Origin: Opitutia bacterium
GTDB taxonomy: Bacteria; Verrucomicrobiota; Verrucomicrobiia; Opitutales; Coraliomargaritaceae
Length of the DNA: 41,714 nt
Direction of reading: 5' to 3'
Assembly: GCA_018663485.1 (NCBI GenBank)
Contig: JABJQI010000180.1
Coordinates: 1-41,714 of the forward strand
The notes under the pieces were generated by a model, which did not search any database, had not been told where the DNA came from, and saw only the letters and a list, made by a program, of their open reading frames with translations. Position numbers and translations under genes: made by a program. The first letter of the stretch is position 1. Each line of letters opens with the position of its first letter. Shown in pieces: positions 28,317-36,286 of the stretch.

Positions 28317-28619
28317 ATGCCGAATTCTTCACAGCGAAAAGAACGCGTAATCCTACTCATGATGATGGGAGTGCTGTTGGCATTGATCGTCTTCTTTAGC
28401 AGTCTTATGGTGCAGACCTATCGAGAGTATAAGAATTTCAGAGTTCGTGAACTTAGAATTGAGGCGAAGCTCACACAAGCTCGAAAAGAGTTTGAGCAAA
28501 AGGAGATGTATTTGGCGCGAATGCTGGAAGACCCAGAGTTTTTGGAGCGTGTGGTGCGCGAACGGCTTGGATACGCACGTCCCGATGAATTGCTATTTCG
28601 TTTTTCTGAGGAGCCTTGA
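28317..28619 (+). CDS. ftsB: Septum formation initiator (FtsB/DivIC family)
   Basis: TM helix, coiled coil, DPEFLERVVRERLGYARPDE motif. Confidence 0.8.
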   Translation: MPNSSQRKERVILLMMMGVLLALIVFFSSLMVQTYREYKNFRVRELRIEAKLTQARKEFEQKEMYLARMLEDPEFLERVVRERLGYARPDELLFRFSEEP

Positions 28620-28727
28620 CTGGTACTGTGGCTCAGGCCCTATAAGGGTTTAACTTTGATTTTACACACTCGGCGCATAGAGGTTTGCTTTTTCGATGCA
28701 GCACTTTAGTCAATTTTGGCTTTAGTT

Positions 28728-30164
28728 ATGAATCATTCCGAATCGACCGCATCTCTCATTCAAGCATTTCAAAGGGCTGGCCAAGGCCAGGTCTTCCGCT
28801 ATTTCGACGAACTAGATGCCGATGGGCAGGCGCAATTGCTTGCGCAGGCGGCGTCGATTGACCTCGCGGAAGTGGATTTGCTGGTGGCTGAACACGTTAA
28901 CGGTGAGCACACGAGCTCGGTTAATTTGGATGGTTTGACGCCAGCGCCTTACACTGCGCTACCTGCAAATGGAGGCGACCAAGGGCAGTGGGACGCCGCA
29001 GTCGAGGCGGGTTCGGCTGCGATTGCCGCAGGTCGGGTGGCTGCCTTTACGGTGGCCGGCGGGCAGGGTACGCGCCTCGGCTACGATGGGCCCAAGGGCA
29101 CCTACCCAGTGACGCCGGTGTCACAGAAAACTCTGTTTCAAGTGTTCGCGGAAAAGATTGCGCGTTCAGGCGAGCGTTTCGGTGTGACGATTCCTTGGTT
29201 TATTCTCACTAGTGAGATCAACAACGATGCCACGGTGGCTGCGTTTAAGGAGTCCGATTATTTTGGGATCAACGCAGATTCGGTTCATTTCATTGTGCAG
29301 GGACTGGTACCGGCGGTTGATTATGAGGGCAAGATCCTGCTCGCTGAGAAATCGAAGATCGCGATGACGCCAGATGGTCATGGAGGCTCGCTGCGTGCGT
29401 TGGTGCGTAGTGGCGCGGTCGCTCAGATGGAGGAGCTGGGCGTCGATTGCGTGAGCTATTTTCAGGTGGATAATCCAATTATTCAATGCATCGACCCCGC
29501 TTTTTTTGGATTTCACGTATTGGGGCAGTCGGAGCTATCGAGTAAAATGGTGCCGAAAGCCTATGCGCTCGAAAAGGTCGGGCACTTTTGTATGCAGAAT
29601 GATTCCGCACTGGTTGTTGAGTACAGTGATATGCCGAATTCGATGCAGGAAGAAACCAATGCGGATGGCTCGATTCGCTTTAATGGTGGCAGTGTTGCGA
29701 TCCATATTTTCGACCGTGCATTTATTGCGCGTGCTGGCAGCACCACATCGGATTTGCAGCTGCCGTTTCACCGCGCGGATAAGAAGATTCCATCTATTGA
29801 TGCAGATGGGAACATGGTGCATCCGGATGCCGCGAATGGAGTGAAGTTTGAGATGTTTGTTTTCGACGCGTTGCCTTTGGCTAAGAACCCAGTCATTATT
29901 GAAGCAGCACGTGCTGACGATTTCAGCCCCGTGAAAAATGCTGAGGGCGTCGATTCACCCCAGAGCTCCAAGCAAGACCAGCTGCGAATGTTTGCCCGTT
30001 GGCTGAGAGCTGCGGGCGAAGAAATCGAGACGGATGAGACTGGCGTGCCGAGCACCTGGTTTGAGATCTGCCACTTATTTGCCGCGGATGAAGCCGACTT
30101 TGTCGCGGAATGGGCCGCGCTCGCGAATAAGCCGGCGATCGTTGAAGGTCTGATCATCGAGTAA
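28728..30164 (+). CDS. UDPGP type-1 family UDP-sugar pyrophosphorylase (UAP1-like)
   Basis: AGGQGTRLG...PKG, PDGHGG, QVDN, EYSD, KFEMFVFD, FSPVKN motifs. Confidence 0.9.
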   Translation: MNHSESTASLIQAFQRAGQGQVFRYFDELDADGQAQLLAQAASIDLAEVDLLVAEHVNGEHTSSVNLDGLTPAPYTALPANGGDQGQWDAAVEAGSAAIAAGRVAAFTVAGGQGTRLGYDGPKGTYPVTPVSQKTLFQVFAEKIARSGERFGVTIPWFILTSEINNDATVAAFKESDYFGINADSVHFIVQGLVPAVDYEGKILLAEKSKIAMTPDGHGGSLRALVRSGAVAQMEELGVDCVSYFQVDNPIIQCIDPAFFGFHVLGQSELSSKMVPKAYALEKVGHFCMQNDSALVVEYSDMPNSMQEETNADGSIRFNGGSVAIHIFDRAFIARAGSTTSDLQLPFHRADKKIPSIDADGNMVHPDAANGVKFEMFVFDALPLAKNPVIIEAARADDFSPVKNAEGVDSPQSSKQDQLRMFARWLRAAGEEIETDETGVPSTWFEICHLFAADEADFVAEWAALANKPAIVEGLIIE

Positions 30165-30209
30165 TTCATTATTTAGTACAGCAATCATTCATATTATTAT
30201 CGAAATACA

Positions 30210-32174
30210 ATGAGCATTATTGAACAAATCGAAGCCGCAGGAGCCGCTGGCTCTCTGCTTGAAAGCACTGTCGTGAATTTAAAGAAGTGGGCGGGTGCCG
30301 ACTTTCTGCCTGACTGGGCTGGCGCGAGTATCGTTGAGCTGGTCGAAAACGGCGAGTGGGACGAGTTGAATGATCGATTCTATCAGAATCTAGCCTTTGG
30401 TACCGGTGGCATTCGCGGGCGCACGATTGGTCGTGTCGCTGCGGCGGCAGAGGCAGGTGAGCTCTCAGAGATGGATTCGCCCGAGCATGCTGCAGTTGGC
30501 TCGAATGTATTGAATGACTTTAATCTGGTGCGCGCGACGATCGGGCTGTTTCGCTATGTCGAGAATTACCTCAAAGAGACAGGCAGCTACGATTTGCCAC
30601 GCTTCGTGATTGCGCATGACGTACGTCACTTTTCACGCCACTTTTGTGAGCTCGCGGCATCGACATGGTCCAAGATGGGTGGGCAAGCATTGATTTTTGA
30701 AGGGCCACGTTCTACGCCACAACTGAGCTTCGCGGTGCGGCAAAATAAGGCAACCTGCGGGGCGGTCATTACCGCTAGCCACAATCCTTCGCATGACAAC
30801 GGCTTCAAGGTATATTTTGATGATGGCGCACAAGTGGTCTCTCCGCATGCCGAAGGTATTGTGGACTTGGTCAATTTGGTGGAACTGTCGGAGGTGCCTG
30901 CTTTTCTCGATATTGACCTTGCGCCAGTCATTTCGCTTGGTGCCAAAGATGATGCGGCCTACCAAGACGTGCTTAAAGAGATGGTAATTGATTCTGAAGT
31001 GATGGAGAAACAGGCACCTCGAATTGTATTCTCGCCCATTCATGGCACTGGCGCGATCAGTTCGGTGCCTGCTTTGAAAGAACTCGGAGTTGAAGTGATC
31101 GAAGTGCCTGAGCAAATGGTGCAAGATCCGCGCTTTCCAACGGTTAAATCGCCCAACCCAGAAAATGCCGAGGCGCTCGCAATGGCGATTGCGAAGGCCA
31201 ACGAAGTGGCTGCGGATGTGGTGTTGGCAACTGACCCAGATGCCGACCGCATGGGGGTGGCCGTGCGCGATCGTAGCGGTGAGATGGTGTTGCTGACTGG
31301 CAACCAAATCGGTACAATCCTGGCCGAATATCGAATTTCAGTACTTAAGGATGCTGAAATTATTCCTGAAGACGGCGGTGATAATACTGTCTTGATTAAG
31401 ACCTTTGTAACCAGTCCGATGCAGGAAGCTGTTGCGGATTGGCATGGCCTAAAGACGATCAATACATTGACTGGGTTCAAGTGGATCGGTGCGAAGTTGG
31501 CCGGCTATGAAGCGCAGATGAAAGCAAAGTTGATGGAAGAAGAAGGCACGGCCGTTGATTACGACGCGTGTGATATTTGGACACGTGCGGATCTGCTTCT
31601 CGATTATTCGACTTATTTCGTGTTCGGTGGTGAAGAGAGCTATGGCTATCTGGCGAGCGACAAAGTGCGCGATAAAGATGCCAATGCAGCGGTAGTGATG
31701 TTCTGTGAAGTCGCTGCCTATTTGAAAGCGCAGGAAATGACTTTCCCTGAGTTTCTTGATTCCTTGTATTTACAGCACGGATACTACGAAGAGAAGACGA
31801 TTAACATCTACTACGAAGGCGCTGCTGGTAGTCAGAAGATTAAGAACATCCTAGAGTCTTATCGCAACGATGCGCCGAAGGCATTTGGCGATATGTCGGT
31901 GTCTGGCTTTACCGATTTCGGTAAAGACGAGATTATTGATGCCGACGGCGATAAGATCCCACCGCAGGACTTCTACTTCCTTGAGTTGAGTAATGGTTAC
32001 AGCGTTGCCGTTCGTGGATCTGGCACTGAGCCGAAAATTAAGTTCTACGTATTCGGTCGCAGCGATGTGCTTGATCCAGAAGACTTGATCAAGGTGAAGG
32101 TCGAGGCTGCCGTGGAGATGCAGCGTGTGCTATCTGCGATCGAGGCAGACGCCCGCGTGCGTGCAGAAGATTAG
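30210..32174 (+). CDS. Phosphoglucomutase / phosphomannomutase family
   Basis: FGTGGIRG, phospho-Ser ITASHNP, metal loop DPDADR, GEESYG, RGSGTEPKIKFY. Confidence 0.93.
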   Translation: MSIIEQIEAAGAAGSLLESTVVNLKKWAGADFLPDWAGASIVELVENGEWDELNDRFYQNLAFGTGGIRGRTIGRVAAAAEAGELSEMDSPEHAAVGSNVLNDFNLVRATIGLFRYVENYLKETGSYDLPRFVIAHDVRHFSRHFCELAASTWSKMGGQALIFEGPRSTPQLSFAVRQNKATCGAVITASHNPSHDNGFKVYFDDGAQVVSPHAEGIVDLVNLVELSEVPAFLDIDLAPVISLGAKDDAAYQDVLKEMVIDSEVMEKQAPRIVFSPIHGTGAISSVPALKELGVEVIEVPEQMVQDPRFPTVKSPNPENAEALAMAIAKANEVAADVVLATDPDADRMGVAVRDRSGEMVLLTGNQIGTILAEYRISVLKDAEIIPEDGGDNTVLIKTFVTSPMQEAVADWHGLKTINTLTGFKWIGAKLAGYEAQMKAKLMEEEGTAVDYDACDIWTRADLLLDYSTYFVFGGEESYGYLASDKVRDKDANAAVVMFCEVAAYLKAQEMTFPEFLDSLYLQHGYYEEKTINIYYEGAAGSQKIKNILESYRNDAPKAFGDMSVSGFTDFGKDEIIDADGDKIPPQDFYFLELSNGYSVAVRGSGTEPKIKFYVFGRSDVLDPEDLIKVKVEAAVEMQRVLSAIEADARVRAED

Positions 32175-32195
32175 GCAGGGCGCGTTTAGAATTCG

Positions 32196-32230
32196 AAAAA
32201 GCCGCACACCAATTGGAGTGCGGCTTTTTT
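32196..32230. terminator. Bidirectional intrinsic terminator
   Basis: AAAAAGCCGCAC-ACCAATTGGA-GTGCGGCTTTTTT between convergent genes. Confidence 0.88.
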
Positions 32231-32243
32231 ATTGGTAGCGTGG

Positions 32244-32864
32244 TCAGGTCGATGCTTCTGAACTTTTAAATCCATTCTTAAATACTACTTCGTCGTATTT
32301 AAGTTGGCCACCACGTGTATTCGCGTCTTTCAGCGCTTTACCGACTGGCAGCATCAAGCCGATAATATGATGCTCAGGAAGATTGATGATTTCGGCAACT
32401 TTAACCGGATCGAAGCCTATCATTGGGCAGGAGTCGTAGCCCATCGACTTGGCAGTTAGCATGAGAGTCTGTGCCGCGATGCCGGTCGAGCGCATCGCTT
32501 CGTCGCGTTGTAGGGATGGGTTGCCCTTGTAAAAAGGCTCAATCATTGGCACCAGCATCTCCTGTACCGGCTCTGGTGCGTGGACCCAATAGCGGCCCCC
32601 ATTTTCGAAGGAATGTAGATTCGCACAGAGGACGATAAGAATCGATGCTTCACTGACTTGAGCTTGGTTCCAGGCTGCCGCTCGGAGCGCTGCTTTCTTG
32701 GCGTGGTCGGTCACTACGACAAAGCGCCAGTTTTGCATGTTAAAGGAAGTCGGCGAGAGTAGTGCGAGCTCGAGCAGTTCTTGAATCTCGACCTCGGTCA
32801 TCATGTGATCGGGGTCGAAGTGTTTAATAGAACGGCGTTGGTGTATAGCGGTGGTTGTATCCAT
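32244..32864 (-). CDS. Nitroreductase family protein
   Basis: RRSIKHF, SPTSFNMQNWRF, QAQVSEAS, GYDSCPMIGFD. Start placed at ATG 32864. Confidence 0.92.
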   Translation of the reverse strand: MDTTTAIHQRRSIKHFDPDHMMTEVEIQELLELALLSPTSFNMQNWRFVVVTDHAKKAALRAAAWNQAQVSEASILIVLCANLHSFENGGRYWVHAPEPVQEMLVPMIEPFYKGNPSLQRDEAMRSTGIAAQTLMLTAKSMGYDSCPMIGFDPVKVAEIINLPEHHIIGLMLPVGKALKDANTRGGQLKYDEVVFKNGFKSSEAST

Positions 32865-32981
32865 AGCTGGGATATTGATTAGTTTTTTGCTAGAATCAAG
32901 AGGCGAGCGTGGAAAGCTTGCGGACAATTCAAATATTGGGCTAGGTGTGTAAGTTTTAGGCCACATTGCCGTTCTTGTATA

Positions 32982-34397
32982 ATGTCTACCACACTTCTAT
33001 GGTTTCGAAACGATCTACGCCTGGACGACAATTCTGCTTTGGTAGCAGCGATTGAAGCGGGCGCTGATGTGATTCCGGTTTTTATTTGGTCGCCCGAAGA
33101 GGATGCTGGCTGGCCTCCAGGTGGCGCGTCGAAATGGTGGCTGCACCATGCGCTACACAGCTTGAGTTCGCGCCTAGCGGAGCATGGCTCGAAGTTAATA
33201 CTTCGCCAAGGGAATAGCTTGAACGTGTTACGTCAGCTGGTTGAAGAGACGGGAGCGACGCAGGTGATCTGGAACCGTCGCTATGAGGGTGCGCACCGTG
33301 CGGTTGATATGGACGTCAAGCGTTCGCTGCGTGACGATGGAATTACGGTGGAGAGTTTTAACAGTTGCCTGCTGAACGAGCCGCATACCGTGGCGACGGG
33401 GGCGGGGCAGCCCTATAAAGTATATACGCCCTATTGGAAGAAAGTTCACGCGAGGGCGGTGGAAGCGCCTGTCGATCCAGCTTTAGATCGATTACAGAGC
33501 CCTGCAAAATGGCCGACCTCTGTTGCGTTGCAGGAGTTATGCTTATTGCCAGAGGTCCATTGGTCCGCGGGGATGGCTAGGCGCTGGTGTGTGAGTGAAG
33601 CTGGGGCACATCAACGATTGGCGACGTTTGTGCAGGGGCCAATTGATGACTACCATGTGAATCGAGATCGTCCAGACTTCGAGGGTACTTCAAGCCTAGC
33701 GCCATATTTACGCTGGGGCTTGATTGGGCCAAGGCAAATCGTCGCGGCGGTGGGTGCGCAATGTGATGAGACGTCAGAGGGGCCGAAGGTTTATCTAAAA
33801 GAGATCTACTGGCGCGAGTTTGCCTACAATGTGTTGTATCATTTTCCGGATACGCCGAATCGTCCGTTGCGACTTGAGTATGAGTCGTTCCCATGGGAGA
33901 CGGACACAGTGACTCTGAAGCGCTGGCAGACAGGGCAAACGGGCTATCCGATTGTGGATGCTGGAATGCGTCAATTGTGGCAAACTGGTTGGATGCATAA
34001 TCGTGTGCGGATGATTGTATCTTCCTTGTTGGTGAAGCATTTATTGCAGGATTGGCAGGATGGTGCTCGTTGGTTTTGGGATACTTTGGTGGATGCTGAC
34101 CTTGCAAGTAACACGCTCGGATGGCAGTGGAGTGGCGGTTGTGGTGCTGATGCAGCACCTTATTTTCGTATCTTTAACCCCATCATACAGGGGCAGAAGT
34201 TTGATCCAGATGGTGCGTACGTGAAGCGGTACGTGCCAGAGTTGGAAAAATTGCCAACAAAGTATATACATGAACCATGGAAGGCACCTGCTGGATTACT
34301 TGAAGTGAGTGGTGCAGATGACTATCCTTCCCCAATCATCGATCATCAAACCGGGCGTGCGCGCGCGTTGAGCGCATTGGCAAAATTTAAAGCATGA
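32982..34397 (+). CDS. phrB: Deoxyribodipyrimidine (CPD) photolyase
   Basis: WFRNDLRLDDN, TSSLAPYL, WREF, GQTGYPIVDAGMRQLWQTGWMHNRVRM, DADLASN, DAAPYFRIFNP. Confidence 0.95.
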   Translation: MSTTLLWFRNDLRLDDNSALVAAIEAGADVIPVFIWSPEEDAGWPPGGASKWWLHHALHSLSSRLAEHGSKLILRQGNSLNVLRQLVEETGATQVIWNRRYEGAHRAVDMDVKRSLRDDGITVESFNSCLLNEPHTVATGAGQPYKVYTPYWKKVHARAVEAPVDPALDRLQSPAKWPTSVALQELCLLPEVHWSAGMARRWCVSEAGAHQRLATFVQGPIDDYHVNRDRPDFEGTSSLAPYLRWGLIGPRQIVAAVGAQCDETSEGPKVYLKEIYWREFAYNVLYHFPDTPNRPLRLEYESFPWETDTVTLKRWQTGQTGYPIVDAGMRQLWQTGWMHNRVRMIVSSLLVKHLLQDWQDGARWFWDTLVDADLASNTLGWQWSGGCGADAAPYFRIFNPIIQGQKFDPDGAYVKRYVPELEKLPTKYIHEPWKAPAGLLEVSGADDYPSPIIDHQTGRARALSALAKFKA

Positions 34398-35296
34398 ATA
34401 AGCATACTAAAACGGTATTAGTTTCTGGCGCAACAGGCATGCTCGGTCAGGCATTGTGTATCGCCCTTGAGGCAAAGGGCCACTCAGTGCGAAGGCTTTC
34501 GCGTGGTACGACTGCTGATGTGCAATGGGATGTGGACGCAGGCACGATCGATGCCGGTGCGATGGCAGGTGTCGACGTGGTGGTGCATCTCGCTGGCGAA
34601 CCAGTTGCACAGCGTTGGACTGATGTCACTAAGGCTCGGATATTGAAGAGTCGAATTGGCGGAGCGCAGCTATTAGTAAGCGCGCTATTGAAAGAGCCAA
34701 CTCGACCAGATTATATTACTGCATCGGGGATTAATTATTATGGGCATCAATGCGGTGTTGGCGTGACTGAGGGCTCGCCTTTGGGAGACGGATTCCTTGC
34801 GCATGTCTGTGAGCTATGGGAGGGTGTGACACAGCCGTTGAAAGATGCTGGGATTCGCTCAGTGTCAGCACGAATCGGCATGATACTTAGCTCGCAAGGC
34901 GGTGCGCTCACAAAAATGTTACCTGCGTTTAAGCTGGGCCTCGGTGGGGTGATTGGCGGCGGTAGCCAGCACATGAGCTGGGTGAGCTTGCCAGATGCAG
35001 TGCGAATATTGTTGTTGGCGGTTGAAGACACATCGATCCAGGGGCCGCTGAATGTGGTCTCTCCACAGCCTTTGACGAATCGTCTATTCACTCAGAGTTT
35101 AGGCGCAGCGTTAAAGCGCCCCACATTTTTACCGATGCCGGCGTTAGCCGTCAAAGCCCTGTTTGGGAAGATGGGAACCGAAGTGCTGTGCTCTGATGTC
35201 GGAGTGCTTCCGGAGGTATTGTTGGATCGTGGCTTCGAATGGGATTTTACGGATATAAAGAGTTGCCTCGATGCCTGCATAGCTAAGCAGTTTTAG
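34394..35296 (+). CDS. TIGR01777 family NAD-dependent epimerase (YfcH-like)
   Basis: GATGMLG, HLAGEPVAQRWT, FLAHVC..WE, FKLGLGG..GGGSQHMSW; ATGA overlap with the photolyase gene. Confidence 0.92.
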   Translation: MNKHTKTVLVSGATGMLGQALCIALEAKGHSVRRLSRGTTADVQWDVDAGTIDAGAMAGVDVVVHLAGEPVAQRWTDVTKARILKSRIGGAQLLVSALLKEPTRPDYITASGINYYGHQCGVGVTEGSPLGDGFLAHVCELWEGVTQPLKDAGIRSVSARIGMILSSQGGALTKMLPAFKLGLGGVIGGGSQHMSWVSLPDAVRILLLAVEDTSIQGPLNVVSPQPLTNRLFTQSLGAALKRPTFLPMPALAVKALFGKMGTEVLCSDVGVLPEVLLDRGFEWDFTDIKSCLDACIAKQF

Positions 35297-35315
35297 GTCG
35301 AAAACTCATATAGAT

Positions 35316-36284
35316 ATGATTGATGTATTAGTGATTGGTGCCGGGATCTCTGGCCTTTTGTGTGCTACGGAATTACAACGTGCTGGAGTCTCAGTGCGTG
35401 TGCTTGATAAAGGTCGAGGAGTGGGCGGACGTATGGCGACTCGGCGCATGGGCGGTGGTCGTTTGGATCATGGTGCACAGTTTTTCACGGTGCGCGAACC
35501 ATGCTTTCAGCGCTATGTAGATGAATGGCTAAAAGCTGGCGTGATTCAGGAGTGGTTTCGCCATGCTCCATCCGATTCGAATGCTGCTGGTTACCCACGT
35601 TATTGTGGTCGGTCTGGTATGACTGATGTGGCCAAGCATTTGTGCGAGTCTATAAAAGTGCATCGCTCACAGGCCGCGGTCAAAGTGCTGCGGACTGAGA
35701 ATACATGGGAGGTGCGGACTGCGACCGGGGAGGTTTACCGGTGCCGCTATTTAGTTGTCACTGCGCCTGTTCCGCAAGCGCTGACGTTATTAGATACGAG
35801 TTCAGTCGATTATGCTGGGCTAGACTTGGCCGCGTTGCGTGCCGTGCGTTATGACCTTGGGTTGGCGACATTGGCGATCTTAGATGGGCCCAGTGGATTG
35901 GCAAATCACGGAGCATGCCCAGTTGATGAGTCTCCAATCACTTGGATTGCGGACAATCAACAGAAGGGCATTTCTATGGATGTGCCCGCAGTGACGATTC
36001 ATGCGAGTGCCGATTTTGCAGAGGAGCATTGGGACTCGGCGGACGATGTGCGCGGTGTTCTAATGCTTGAAGCAGCTTCAGCCTATTTGCAGTCCTCAGT
36101 CCTCGAGTATTCCTGCCACCGATGGGGCTTTACATTGCCATTAAACCCGTATCCAGATGCGTATTTCCATAACTCGGACTTGAGTTTGTTGCTTGCGGGA
36201 GATGGGTTTGGTGGGCCTAGGGTAGAAGGGGCTGCGCTATCTGGTTTGGCCGCGAGTCGCGCGTTACTCGATACGCTGTCTTAG
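35316..36284 (+). CDS. Renalase-like NAD/FAD-dependent oxidoreductase
   Basis: GAGISGL, DKGRGVGGRMATRR, DHGAQFFT, HRW, GD....RVEGAALSG. Confidence 0.9.
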   Translation: MIDVLVIGAGISGLLCATELQRAGVSVRVLDKGRGVGGRMATRRMGGGRLDHGAQFFTVREPCFQRYVDEWLKAGVIQEWFRHAPSDSNAAGYPRYCGRSGMTDVAKHLCESIKVHRSQAAVKVLRTENTWEVRTATGEVYRCRYLVVTAPVPQALTLLDTSSVDYAGLDLAALRAVRYDLGLATLAILDGPSGLANHGACPVDESPITWIADNQQKGISMDVPAVTIHASADFAEEHWDSADDVRGVLMLEAASAYLQSSVLEYSCHRWGFTLPLNPYPDAYFHNSDLSLLLAGDGFGGPRVEGAALSGLAASRALLDTLS

Positions 36285-36286
36285 CG

